Assembly: GCA_945870885.1 (NCBI GenBank)
Contig: CAMBTR010000002.1
Coordinates: forward strand, 1 to 47,056
Direction of reading: 5' to 3'
From: Chryseobacterium gleum
GTDB lineage: Bacteria; Bacteroidota; Bacteroidia; NS11-12g; UBA955
Length of the DNA stretch: 47,056 bases
How positions within the stretch are numbered: position 1 is the first letter of the stretch; the number at the start of each line of letters is the position of its first letter. Both the position numbers and the translations under genes were made by a program. Below are positions 27,540-36,687 of this stretch, one piece after another. The notes beneath the pieces are model-generated. The model was not told the origin of the DNA. It made no database searches and saw only the letters and a list, made by a program, of their open reading frames with translations.

Positions 27540-28498
27540 TTTTTTTTACTCGACAGATATGCTTGGGTAAAAATGGCACCTAGGATGACGGATGCGCCGG
27601 TGTAAAACCAGATATTTAAGTCTTTGTTTTCGTTGAAAATCACAGCACCTAGGACGATTCCATAGATTGGTTCGAGGTTCACTGTGAGGTTCGCGGTAAA
27701 AGCGCTTAACTGATTTAGGGCATAGGTTCCCAGGTAAAAAGTCAGGTTGGTACATAGCACGGCGAGCAATAAAATCCAGATTAGATCCCAAGGACCTGTT
27801 GCGATGTTTTTTAAGGTGAGAATACTAAAATCGATGGGGGGTAAGACGATGGGATCGGAGGAAATTAGAGGGATGATCAGCGACAAAACCAAAGCACCTG
27901 AAATCATTTCCAAGGTTGAGATGGCAAGGGGTTTGGCACGATGAATATGGGCTTTATTGAGCGTTGTAAAGGTGGCGGCGAGGGCTGCACTCAATAGACC
28001 GGTGATTACGGCCCATCCGTAAGAAACATCGCCGACTTTGGCCACGTGACCCGGTTGATTTTCGGGCAGTGAGAAATAGATAAACAGGATGCCAAGGACC
28101 ACAATCAAGCCCATATAAATATCTCTTTTGGAGAAAGGCTGTTTGAGTACAAGAGGTTCAATGATGGATGCAAAGAAGGATGCGGAGCCCAAGCAGGCCA
28201 AGGTCACGGAGACAGAATTGCCCAATTTGATGCTTCCATAGAAGGTGAGCCAATGCGCACAGACCAGAAGTCCTATTCCAAAAAACGTCATTGCTGTTTT
28301 TAAAGAAAGACCCTTTAACGATTTCCAAACTGCTGGCATCAACAAATAAATGATGGCTGTTAACATCATGCGATGCCAAACCAAGGTGATAGATCCGTAA
28401 GAAATTAGCTTACCGAGGATGGCGGTAAATCCCCAAAGGAACACGGCTATATGCAGTGCGATAAATGCTTTGGTTCTAGGGGAAGTTTCGGAAGCCAT
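27536..28498 (-). CDS. DMT superfamily transporter (EamA-like, 10 TM)
   Basis: 320 aa made of two repeated 5-TM halves typical of EamA/RhaT-type carriers. Confidence 0.8.
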   Translation of the reverse strand: MASETSPRTKAFIALHIAVFLWGFTAILGKLISYGSITLVWHRMMLTAIIYLLMPAVWKSLKGLSLKTAMTFFGIGLLVCAHWLTFYGSIKLGNSVSVTLACLGSASFFASIIEPLVLKQPFSKRDIYMGLIVVLGILFIYFSLPENQPGHVAKVGDVSYGWAVITGLLSAALAATFTTLNKAHIHRAKPLAISTLEMISGALVLSLIIPLISSDPIVLPPIDFSILTLKNIATGPWDLIWILLLAVLCTNLTFYLGTYALNQLSAFTANLTVNLEPIYGIVLGAVIFNENKDLNIWFYTGASVILGAIFTQAYLSSKKN

Positions 28499-28505
28499 AA
28501 CCTGT

Positions 28506-28537
28506 TTAAAAAATCAAGGCCGCTGATTAAAGCGGCC
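28506..28537 (-). terminator. Terminator-like hairpin plus U-tract between manC and the EamA gene
   Basis: On the minus strand: GGCCGCT-TTAATC-AGCGGCC (7-bp GC stem, 28518-28537) followed by TTGATTTTTT. It ends only 8 nt before the EamA ATG (28498). Confidence 0.5.
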
Positions 28538-28597
28538 AGGATGTTGGTATATAAAAGCGCGTAACAGTTGGCGTTATCGAAATAACCGATAACAATA

Positions 28598-28605
28598 CAA
28601 ATATA
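28598..28605 (-). promoter_or_regulatory. Candidate -7 box TATATTTG upstream of the EamA gene
   Basis: Exact TAnnTTTG on the minus strand, 99 nt upstream of ATG 28498 and upstream of two hairpins. Confidence 0.3.
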
Positions 28606-28633
28606 ACAATTTTGGAAAAAATTGCAAAATAAT

Positions 28634-29716
28634 TTAATTGAATTTTCCTTTGTAACGGTCTTTGATTTCGTTTACAATGGTGCGCAATTCTTGTTCTTTG
28701 TCTTTGTTCATGACCAATAAAACCTCATCGGATTCAACGATCACAATGTTGTCTACACCATTCACTACAATTAACTTATTGGAGTTGTTGAATACCATGG
28801 ATTCTGAGGTGTTATAGGTGTGGATGTTCTTTCCAATGAGTGCATTGTTTTTATCGTTTCGTTCACTCACATCCCACAGACTCTTCCAGGTTCCCAAATC
28901 GTTCCAGCCAAAATTGGCAGGCATCACAAAAACGTCCTTCTCTTTTTCGAGTACGCCATAATCGATGCTAATGCTCGGAGTGAGCGCATAGGCCTGCTCT
29001 AATTGGTTGTTGTATTCTGGACTGTCTGGGTGCACATCGGCAAAAATCTGATAGATTTCAGGTAGATGCTTTTCGATGCTATTATTGATGGCTTTGATAC
29101 TCCAAACAAATATGCCTGCATTCCATAAGAACTCTCCACTTTCTAAAAAGCTCTTGGCGATTTCTTCGGTGGGTTTTTCGGTGAAAGTTTTTACCCGATG
29201 TAAACCACGAGGATCTAATTCAGGATTGAACTGTATGTATCCATAGCCTGTATCGGGGCGGGTTGGCTTAATACCCAATGTAACCAAAGCATCGTTATTG
29301 GCGGCAAAATCCATCGCTTGTAGCGAAGTTTCGATAAAAGCCATTTCATTGCTAATGAGGTGATCGCTAGGTGCAACCAAGCAAACGGCATCAGGATTCA
29401 GCATTTGGATATGTCGGTTCGCAAGGGCAATACAAGGTGCGGTATTTTTTGCTAGGGGCTCATGCAAAATCCTAGAAATATGCATTTCGGGGATGTGTGA
29501 TTGCACTAGGGGGACATAATCTGTATTGGTAACCACGAAGATGTTCTCTTGCGGTACCATATGACTAAATCTGTTGTAGGTCTGTTTGATGAGGGATTCC
29601 CCGGTCCCCATAATATCAATGAACTGCTTGGGGAAACTCTTTTTACTTACTGGCCAGAACCGACTGCCGATTCCTCCGGCCATTATCAAAACGTAATTGT
29701 TTTTGTTTAAACTCAT
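28634..29716 (-). CDS. manC: Mannose-1-phosphate guanylyltransferase (no isomerase domain)
   Basis: 360 aa. N-terminal MAGGIGSRFWPVS nucleotidyltransferase motif with a left-handed beta-helix-like C-terminal part. Its ATG overlaps the kpsF stop (ATGA). Confidence 0.85.
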   Translation of the reverse strand: MSLNKNNYVLIMAGGIGSRFWPVSKKSFPKQFIDIMGTGESLIKQTYNRFSHMVPQENIFVVTNTDYVPLVQSHIPEMHISRILHEPLAKNTAPCIALANRHIQMLNPDAVCLVAPSDHLISNEMAFIETSLQAMDFAANNDALVTLGIKPTRPDTGYGYIQFNPELDPRGLHRVKTFTEKPTEEIAKSFLESGEFLWNAGIFVWSIKAINNSIEKHLPEIYQIFADVHPDSPEYNNQLEQAYALTPSISIDYGVLEKEKDVFVMPANFGWNDLGTWKSLWDVSERNDKNNALIGKNIHTYNTSESMVFNNSNKLIVVNGVDNIVIVESDEVLLVMNKDKEQELRTIVNEIKDRYKGKFN

Positions 29717-30693
29717 AAAATACCCTCTTTGTAAAGGTCGTGCAAATGTACCATTCCAAAGTAAATAGTTTGTTGTGTTATAATAATTTGGGTGATTTTC
29801 TTCTCTTGCATGATAGCAGCAACTTCGGTTGCCATGATATCGGTTTCCACCGTAATGGGTGATTTGCCCATAATTTGTTCTGCCGTTAGATGATCAAAGG
29901 TGTCGTGGTTTTCTAACATCCTCCGAATATCCCCATCTGTCACGATGCCAATCACTTTGTTGCTTTCATCCACTACGGCGGTTGCGCCCAATCGGTTTTT
30001 AGTGATTGTAAGAATGACATCTTTCCAGGGTGAAGAGTTTAAAACGGTAGGCTTAGCGTTTTGTTCGGCGATGCTTCCACATTGCAGATAGAGTCGCTTT
30101 CCAAGTGCGCCACCGGGATGGTATTTTGAAAAATCGTCGCTAGAGAACCCCCTCATTTGAATCAAGGCAACGGCAAGGGCATCGCCCATAATCAATTGTG
30201 CAGTTGTGCTGGTTGTTGGGGCGAGGTTGTTGGGGCAAGCTTCGCGATTAATGGTAGTATTGAGGACAAAATCCGAAAGTTGAGCCAATCTGCTGTTGGT
30301 ATTTCCTACCATGGCAACCAAGGTGTTATTGAATCGTTTTACCAATGGGGCTAATGCGATAATTTCTGGCGTAGTTCCACTTTTGGAAATGGCAATTACT
30401 ACGTCGTTTTGTTGGATCATGCCCAAATCGCCATGGATGGCGTCGGCGGCGTGCATAAAGAGTGCAGGCTGACCGGTACTATTGAGTGTGGCGACAATCT
30501 TTTGGGCGATGATGGCGCTTTTGCCTATTCCTGTAAATATGGCACGACCTTGATTGGAAAGCAACAATTGAACTACAGAAACAAAGTCGTTATCGATGTA
30601 GTTTTTTAACGATTGCAGTGAATCCAATTCATCGGTGATGGCTTGAACTGCGTATTTTTTGATCAAATCGGATGAATTTGAAGGGAACGACAT
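29713..30693 (-). CDS. kpsF: Arabinose-5-phosphate isomerase (KpsF/GutQ family; SIS + tandem CBS)
   Basis: SIS motif GIGKSAIIAQKI and a C-terminal CBS pair. Start set to ATG 30693, because the TTG 30717 of the track ORF is itself part of the -7 box. Confidence 0.85.
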   Translation of the reverse strand: MSFPSNSSDLIKKYAVQAITDELDSLQSLKNYIDNDFVSVVQLLLSNQGRAIFTGIGKSAIIAQKIVATLNSTGQPALFMHAADAIHGDLGMIQQNDVVIAISKSGTTPEIIALAPLVKRFNNTLVAMVGNTNSRLAQLSDFVLNTTINREACPNNLAPTTSTTAQLIMGDALAVALIQMRGFSSDDFSKYHPGGALGKRLYLQCGSIAEQNAKPTVLNSSPWKDVILTITKNRLGATAVVDESNKVIGIVTDGDIRRMLENHDTFDHLTAEQIMGKSPITVETDIMATEVAAIMQEKKITQIIITQQTIYFGMVHLHDLYKEGIL

Positions 30694-30714
30694 CAATTTT
30701 TGTTGCAAATTAAC

Positions 30715-30722
30715 CAAAAATA
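30715..30722 (-). promoter_or_regulatory. Candidate -7 box TATTTTTG for kpsF-manC
   Basis: Exact TAnnTTTG on the minus strand, 21 nt upstream of ATG 30693. Confidence 0.35.
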
Positions 30723-30838
30723 TTAGCAGCGTTTGGAAAAATTGTAACTAGGGGGTGTGGGGATGAAAAATTCTTTGTAAATTCACATATTGCTTTAGGG
30801 TAAAGCGATCATCATTTAAACATTGATTAATTGAATTT

Positions 30839-33043
30839 ATGCAATCAGCGGCGACGGTCCCAATTTTGGAACCAAGGAAAGTATTGAAGGAGTTTTTTGG
30901 TTTTGATGGATTCAAGGGCAATCAAGAGGCCGTAGTAAACAGCGTATTGGCTGGTGAAGATTGTTTTGTGATTATGCCCACAGGTGCTGGAAAATCCATG
31001 TGTTATCAATTACCAGCGATGATGATGGAGGGAACGGCGATTGTAATTTCTCCTTTGATTGCTTTGATGAAAAACCAGGTGGATAACATTCGGGGATTTG
31101 CTCAGAAAAGTTCACTGGCGCACTTTCTAAATAGCTCTTTGAGTAAGGCAGAATTGAACCAGGTGATTGAGGATATGCTCAGCGGCGAAACCAAGTTATT
31201 GTATGTTGCACCGGAGACACTAAAAAAGGAGGAGACAATAGACCTATTAAAACAAGTCAAAATTTCTTTTGTGGCGGTGGATGAAGCGCACTGTATATCT
31301 GAATGGGGTCATGATTTTCGCCCAGAATATCGCAGGATAAAGCAAATGGTGAAGGCCATTGATGATGTGCCTGTGATGGCGTTAACAGCTACCGCCACGC
31401 CAAAGGTGCAGCAGGATGTTCAGAAGAATCTGGGCATGATGTCGGCCAACCTATTCAAAAGTTCATTTAATCGCCCGAATCTATTTTATCAAGTAAGACC
31501 GAAGGGCCGGAAGGACATCGTACATAAAGAAATCATTTCCTTCATTAAGGCAAGAAATAATAAGAGCGGCATCGTTTACTGTCTTTCACGCAAGAAGGTG
31601 GAAGAGATCAGTGAGATGTTGAATATGAATGGCATCAAGGCGTTGCCTTATCACGCGGGGTTGGAGTCAAAGGTTCGTGGTCATCATCAAGACGCGTTTT
31701 TGATGGAAGATTGCAATGTGATTGTGGCTACCATTGCGTTTGGAATGGGCATCGATAAGCCGGATGTGCGGTTTGTGATCCACTATGATGTGCCTAAGAG
31801 TTTGGAAGGGTATTATCAAGAAACGGGTCGTGGTGGTAGAGATGGTTTGCAAGGTGATTGTTTGTTGTTCTATAATCCATCGGACATCGAGAAGTTGGAG
31901 AAGTTCATGAAGGACAAGCCGGTGGCGGAGCAAGAGATTGGTAGTTTGTTGATTGCTGAAACTGCGGCATTTGCTGAGAGTAGTCATTGTAGGCGTAAGA
32001 TGCTTCTTCATTATTTTGGGGAGCATTTTAACGAAGAGGATTGCAAACAGATGTGCGACAACTGTGCAACACCCAAACCAAAGGTAGAGGTAACACAGGA
32101 ATTGGTTACAATGCTAAAAGCTATAGAGAGCCTAAAGAGCGAGTTGGGTATGAGTCACGTGGTGAACTTCTGTGTTGGCAAGCGTTCCGATAGTGTGAGG
32201 GATTATGGTCATGACTTGTTATCAACCTTTGGTTTCGGTAAGGAAAAAGTCAGTTTGTTCTGGAAGTCACTGATGCGTTTGGCATTGGTTCAGGGTTATC
32301 TTAACAAGAACATCGAAAAGTATGGGTTGATGAGTATTTCGGATCAAGGCGAGGCATATATTAAGTCGCCTGTTTTTCATGAAATGGCGGTGGATGCGGA
32401 GTTTGATAGTGTGAAGGATGAGGATTACGACAACTTCAAAGCGGAAAGTGCTTGTGACGAAGAGTTGTTTGATCATTTGAAGGATTTACGTCGTAAAGTT
32501 GCCAAGGAAAAAGGATTGCCACCCTATGTGATTTTCCAAGATCCGAGTTTGGAAGACATGGCCACCAAATATCCAATGACGATTGACGAGTTGGTCAATA
32601 TCAACGGGGTTGGAAAGAACAAGGCCCAGAAATTTGGAGAACCATTTGTAGCCTATATCACCGAGTTTGTAAAGGCGAATGATATCGAACGAACCCAGGA
32701 TATCGTGTTAAAAGGAAATTCTGATAAGTCGGCTAAGCGGGTGAATATCATTTTAAATATTGATAAAAAGGTTGATTTGCCTGATATCGCCAAGCAGTTG
32801 GGTATTTCCTTTGAAGAGTTGATTCATGAATTGGATCAAATTGTGAATTCAGGGACCAAATTGAACTTGAGATATTTCTTAAATCAATTCATCGAAGAAG
32901 AATTGCAAGTGGAGGTGATGTCGTATTTCAAGACGGTGGATGTTGCCGATATGGAAGGGGCGAGCGGTTATTTTGACGGCGACTTCAGTATGGAAGAATT
33001 GGAACTTATGCACATCCAATTTTTGAGTGACGTAGGCAATTAA
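30839..33043 (+). CDS. recQ: ATP-dependent DNA helicase RecQ
   Basis: 734 aa. PTGAGKS, DEAHCISEWGHDFRPEY, Zn-binding Cys cluster (CRRK...CDNC), RQC and HRDC regions, plus the C-terminal extension common in Bacteroidota. Confidence 0.95.
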   Translation: MQSAATVPILEPRKVLKEFFGFDGFKGNQEAVVNSVLAGEDCFVIMPTGAGKSMCYQLPAMMMEGTAIVISPLIALMKNQVDNIRGFAQKSSLAHFLNSSLSKAELNQVIEDMLSGETKLLYVAPETLKKEETIDLLKQVKISFVAVDEAHCISEWGHDFRPEYRRIKQMVKAIDDVPVMALTATATPKVQQDVQKNLGMMSANLFKSSFNRPNLFYQVRPKGRKDIVHKEIISFIKARNNKSGIVYCLSRKKVEEISEMLNMNGIKALPYHAGLESKVRGHHQDAFLMEDCNVIVATIAFGMGIDKPDVRFVIHYDVPKSLEGYYQETGRGGRDGLQGDCLLFYNPSDIEKLEKFMKDKPVAEQEIGSLLIAETAAFAESSHCRRKMLLHYFGEHFNEEDCKQMCDNCATPKPKVEVTQELVTMLKAIESLKSELGMSHVVNFCVGKRSDSVRDYGHDLLSTFGFGKEKVSLFWKSLMRLALVQGYLNKNIEKYGLMSISDQGEAYIKSPVFHEMAVDAEFDSVKDEDYDNFKAESACDEELFDHLKDLRRKVAKEKGLPPYVIFQDPSLEDMATKYPMTIDELVNINGVGKNKAQKFGEPFVAYITEFVKANDIERTQDIVLKGNSDKSAKRVNIILNIDKKVDLPDIAKQLGISFEELIHELDQIVNSGTKLNLRYFLNQFIEEELQVEVMSYFKTVDVADMEGASGYFDGDFSMEELELMHIQFLSDVGN

Positions 33044-33096
33044 GCATTGAATTTATTTTTTGTGGTGCGTGTTATGTTATTTTGTAATGATTTATT

Positions 33097-33606
33097 GTGC
33101 ACCCAGCATTGAAAGAGCAGCCATCCTTTGAGTTGATTTACAAAAAATTCCGTCCGGCGTTGATGGGATTTGCTATGTCGATTACACGCAGTTTGCCCGA
33201 TGCCGAAGAGGTTGTAAACGATGTATTTGTGGGAATTTGGGAGCGACATAGTGAAATGTTTTCTGACCCAGGATTGAAGAGTTATTTGTTTCGGTCGGTA
33301 AAGAATCGTTGTTTGAATAACATCAAGCGACAGCGACTTCCATTTGATGAAATGCCGGATGAAATGCCGGTGGCGAGTAAAGATCACGGGGCTTTGGATC
33401 AGCTGGAGGCCAAAGAAATGAGTGAAAGAATTACTTTAGAGATTGATAAGTTACCCACCAAGTGCAAGCAAGTCTTTTTGTTGAGTCGCATGCATGAGAT
33501 GAGCTATAAAGAAATTGCCGAATTGATGGATATTTCTCCTAAAACGGTGGAGAATCAAATTGGAATTGCGCTTAAGTTTTTGCGCGAAAGTTTCCCAGGA
33601 AACTAG
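33097..33606 (+). CDS. ECF-type RNA polymerase sigma-70 factor (Bacteroides-expansion type)
   Basis: 169 aa. Region 2 (DAEEVVNDVFVGIWE) and region 4 HTH (SYKEIAELMDISPKTVENQI). The start must be GTG 33097, because TAA TGA lie 2-3 codons (6-9 nt) upstream in frame and the first ATG would delete region 2. Confidence 0.85.
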   Translation: MHPALKEQPSFELIYKKFRPALMGFAMSITRSLPDAEEVVNDVFVGIWERHSEMFSDPGLKSYLFRSVKNRCLNNIKRQRLPFDEMPDEMPVASKDHGALDQLEAKEMSERITLEIDKLPTKCKQVFLLSRMHEMSYKEIAELMDISPKTVENQIGIALKFLRESFPGN

Positions 33607-34730
33607 TTGGGGGTGATTACCCGATTGTAGATTGCTTCGTATTGCAATAAAATTTCTGCCAGATCAAATTTGTGCGCTTGTTGAAGTGCATTTTTTCTGA
33701 ATTTTGCGAGTAATTGTGGGTCTTTAAGCAAGGTGATGGCGTTTTGGGCCATGTCGTTTACATCGCCAACATTTGACAAATAACCGGTGACACCATGGAT
33801 ATTCACTTCTGGAATTCCGCCCGCGTTTGAGCTGATTACAGGGACTTCACAAGCCATGGCTTCTAATGCTGCAAGGCCGAAGCTTTCGGATTCACTAGGT
33901 AATATGAATAGGTCGCCGATGCTTAAAATTTCTTCGATGGCTTCTTGCTTTCCAAGGAATGTTACCCAATCACAGGTATTAAACTCTCTAGAGACTTTTT
34001 CGATGTGTGAGCGTTCGGGCCCATCGCCAATGAGTAGCAATTTTGCTGGGATTTCTTTGATGATTTTGGCAAAAACGGCAATGACATCCTCAATGCGTTT
34101 GACTTTTCTGAAATTCGAGGTGTGAATGATGATTTTTTCACCATTTGGTGCAATCATTTGTTTGAAATGCTCTCGTGGTTTCTTGTTAAATCGACCAAAA
34201 TCTATGAAGTTGGGGATGACATCTATATCGCGGTTGATTTTGAAGTGCTCATAGGTTTGTTTTCTGAGATCTTCGGAAACGGCTGTAACGGCATCGGACT
34301 GATTGATGCTCCAACTTACAACGTGTTCATAGGTCATTTCGCGTCCAACGAGCGTGATGTCTGTACCGTGTAGGGTAGTTACCACAGGAATGGTTATGCC
34401 TTGCTGAGCCAGTATTTGTTTTGCTAGAAGTGCGGCAGAGGCGTGAGGAATCGCATAGTGCACATGGAGGATATCTAGGTGGGCACTTTGAACGATATCT
34501 ACCATTTTACCGGCCAGTGCTGTTTCGTAAGGGGCGTATTCGAACAAGGGGTATTTGGCGATATTGACTTCATGATAGAAAACATTTTCGCTAAAGAAGT
34601 CTAATCGAGCGGGTTGGTTGTAGCTAATAAAATGCACTTCATGCCCTTTCACTGCCAGGGATTTACCCAACTCCGTGGCCAATACACCGCTTCCACCAAA
34701 GGTGGGATAACATACAATTCCTATTCGCAT
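33603..34730 (-). CDS. bshA: GT4 glycosyltransferase, N-acetyl-alpha-D-glucosaminyl L-malate synthase (bacillithiol pathway)
   Basis: 375 aa. MRIGIVCYPTFGGSGVLATELG N-terminus and E(x7)E-type C-terminal motif (ESFGLAALEAMACEVP), as in BshA proteins. Confidence 0.8.
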   Translation of the reverse strand: MRIGIVCYPTFGGSGVLATELGKSLAVKGHEVHFISYNQPARLDFFSENVFYHEVNIAKYPLFEYAPYETALAGKMVDIVQSAHLDILHVHYAIPHASAALLAKQILAQQGITIPVVTTLHGTDITLVGREMTYEHVVSWSINQSDAVTAVSEDLRKQTYEHFKINRDIDVIPNFIDFGRFNKKPREHFKQMIAPNGEKIIIHTSNFRKVKRIEDVIAVFAKIIKEIPAKLLLIGDGPERSHIEKVSREFNTCDWVTFLGKQEAIEEILSIGDLFILPSESESFGLAALEAMACEVPVISSNAGGIPEVNIHGVTGYLSNVGDVNDMAQNAITLLKDPQLLAKFRKNALQQAHKFDLAEILLQYEAIYNRVITPN

Positions 34731-34760
34731 TATTTAAGTAACAAAGTTCCGCAAAAAATG

Positions 34761-34768
34761 TAGGTTTG
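34761..34768 (+). promoter_or_regulatory. Candidate -7 box TAGGTTTG for tadA
   Basis: Exact TAnnTTTG, 26 nt upstream of ATG 34795. Confidence 0.35.
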
Positions 34769-34794
34769 CGATGTTAAATAAGTGATTAATATCT

Positions 34795-35244
34795 ATGGAG
34801 GTTTATAGCGACGAGTATTTCATGACGAGGGCCTTGGATTTGGCGATGCAAGCCTATGAGGAGCAAGAAGTTCCAATAGGGGCGGTTGTGGTTCACAACA
34901 ATAAAATTATTGGCAAGGGCTATAATCAAACCGAGAAGTTGCAGGATGTTACGGCGCATGCAGAGATGTTGGCGATTACGGCGGCTAGCAATGCGGTAAA
35001 TGGCAAATATTTGGATGAGTGTACTCTGTATGTCACCATCGAGCCTTGTTTGATGTGTGCCGGTGCGATTCAGTGGTCGAGGTTTTCGCGGATCGTATTT
35101 GGGGCAAGTGAGCCCAAATTCGGCTTTGAAAGAATTGACAAGGGTATGTTGGGTAAAACGGAGGTTGTTTCAGGAATAATGGCTGAGGAATGTGGCGATG
35201 TGATGAAGCGTTTTTTTCGTGAACGGCGTAAGAAAAATAATTAG
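34795..35244 (+). CDS. tadA: tRNA adenosine(34) deaminase
   Basis: 149 aa with zinc/catalytic motifs HAEMLAI and PCLMCAGA. Confidence 0.9.
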   Translation: MEVYSDEYFMTRALDLAMQAYEEQEVPIGAVVVHNNKIIGKGYNQTEKLQDVTAHAEMLAITAASNAVNGKYLDECTLYVTIEPCLMCAGAIQWSRFSRIVFGASEPKFGFERIDKGMLGKTEVVSGIMAEECGDVMKRFFRERRKKNN

Positions 35245-36683
35245 GGGAGTTTTTCGTAGCAACCCAAATCAGGCTGGGATTTTCGGGTTTTTCCAAGTAG
35301 ATCAATTGTCACTGGAGAACCGAAAGTTCCAGCTTTTTTGTATCCGAAGGCGGTGGAATCCGTCTGGTAATTTCCTTTTTGCACATCCACAAACCCAACG
35401 GTTTTATTAAAGAAATTGGGGTATGTGATGATGGATTTGGGGTTGAGCGATTTAAGTAGGTTGTTTTCGAGGCGGATATTGAAAACGTTTAACGTGGTTT
35501 GGTCGAACTGAAGTTCCTCTTTCTGCGGTCCATCAACAATACAATTATAAACGGATAAATTTAGTGGTGCGTGGTTGAGTAATTTCCCATTGCCGTCTCG
35601 CAATGTATTGGTTGCGGCGAAGTGACCATCGGTGCGGGAAGAGAACCCGGAATATTCTGCAAATGTGCAGTAATTAAAGGCATAATTTCCTCCGAGTAAT
35701 CCGAGGAAGCTATAGCTGCCTGCATCGGCAAACAAACAGTTTGTTGCTTGGATATCGGCTGTGATTCCGGCCAAGCTTGCTTGGCCGGAATACTGAATGC
35801 GGGTATTTGAAATTTTAAGTCCAGTGGTTCCATTCACAGGCAATGAATCCACTCGAACACCAATCGTTGCATTGGTTATATCAGCATATTGAATGCTATT
35901 ATTGATGCTACCCACCAAAAAATGAATTCCACCCCATTGGTTGGGTAGAAACTGCGGGTCCCAAACGGGTTTGTCGCCACGGATTGTAACGCGTTGTGTT
36001 GCCGATCCACGGATATCTAGCGTTCCTGCAATATAAATTTTGGTTTGAGCCGATGCAAACAGTTGAACCCCTGCTTTGATTGTTAGCGTTGCTCCTTGTT
36101 CTACTCCCATGTAACCCAAAATTACCGTGGGTTTTTGATTGTCTGATATGGTGATATTGCCTTCAAAAATGGTATCTCTATAATAATGTGCATCCCAACC
36201 GTAAGCCGCCAATTTAACATTGCTTCGATGTCCGCCCACACTTGAAATAATTGAGTCCATTACCAACAAAGGTTGGGTATTGTTATTCGCTTCTAGTTTG
36301 CATTGCACGAAAACAAAGACCGAATCCGATGCACCAATTTCTATGTCGTTGATTTGGGTGCCAGAAATCCCATCAATACTCATTCTATAAGCTGAATTGG
36401 CACCTCCCCCCAACTGGAAATTTGCGCTCACGGCCAGTTTTTCGGGGTTTTTGATGCTAAAAATCTGTGTCACTGAAATGGGATAGGTCGAGCCCGGAAC
36501 CCTTGTGAAAACGGTATCGAACCAAACGGTATCGGCGGAATATTTAAGGCTGTTTTTAGCCGTAAAAAAATCGTTGTTATTTCTGCAACTCGATAAAAAC
36601 GCCATCGCCAATAACAGCATCAACGCTGCTACCATGCCGTTGAGTTTCCCCACAAGTCGATATGTTGCGTTTTTGTATTGCAT
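35241..36683 (-). CDS. Hypothetical lipoprotein with right-handed beta-helix-like repeats
   Basis: 480 aa with lipobox FLSSC. The second half shows periodic repeats of about 22-25 aa rich in G/N/T/I (ITNATIGVRVD, ISNTRIQYSG, IQATNCLFAD). Confidence 0.5.
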   Translation of the reverse strand: MQYKNATYRLVGKLNGMVAALMLLLAMAFLSSCRNNNDFFTAKNSLKYSADTVWFDTVFTRVPGSTYPISVTQIFSIKNPEKLAVSANFQLGGGANSAYRMSIDGISGTQINDIEIGASDSVFVFVQCKLEANNNTQPLLVMDSIISSVGGHRSNVKLAAYGWDAHYYRDTIFEGNITISDNQKPTVILGYMGVEQGATLTIKAGVQLFASAQTKIYIAGTLDIRGSATQRVTIRGDKPVWDPQFLPNQWGGIHFLVGSINNSIQYADITNATIGVRVDSLPVNGTTGLKISNTRIQYSGQASLAGITADIQATNCLFADAGSYSFLGLLGGNYAFNYCTFAEYSGFSSRTDGHFAATNTLRDGNGKLLNHAPLNLSVYNCIVDGPQKEELQFDQTTLNVFNIRLENNLLKSLNPKSIITYPNFFNKTVGFVDVQKGNYQTDSTAFGYKKAGTFGSPVTIDLLGKTRKSQPDLGCYEKLP

Positions 36684-36687
36684 TCGT

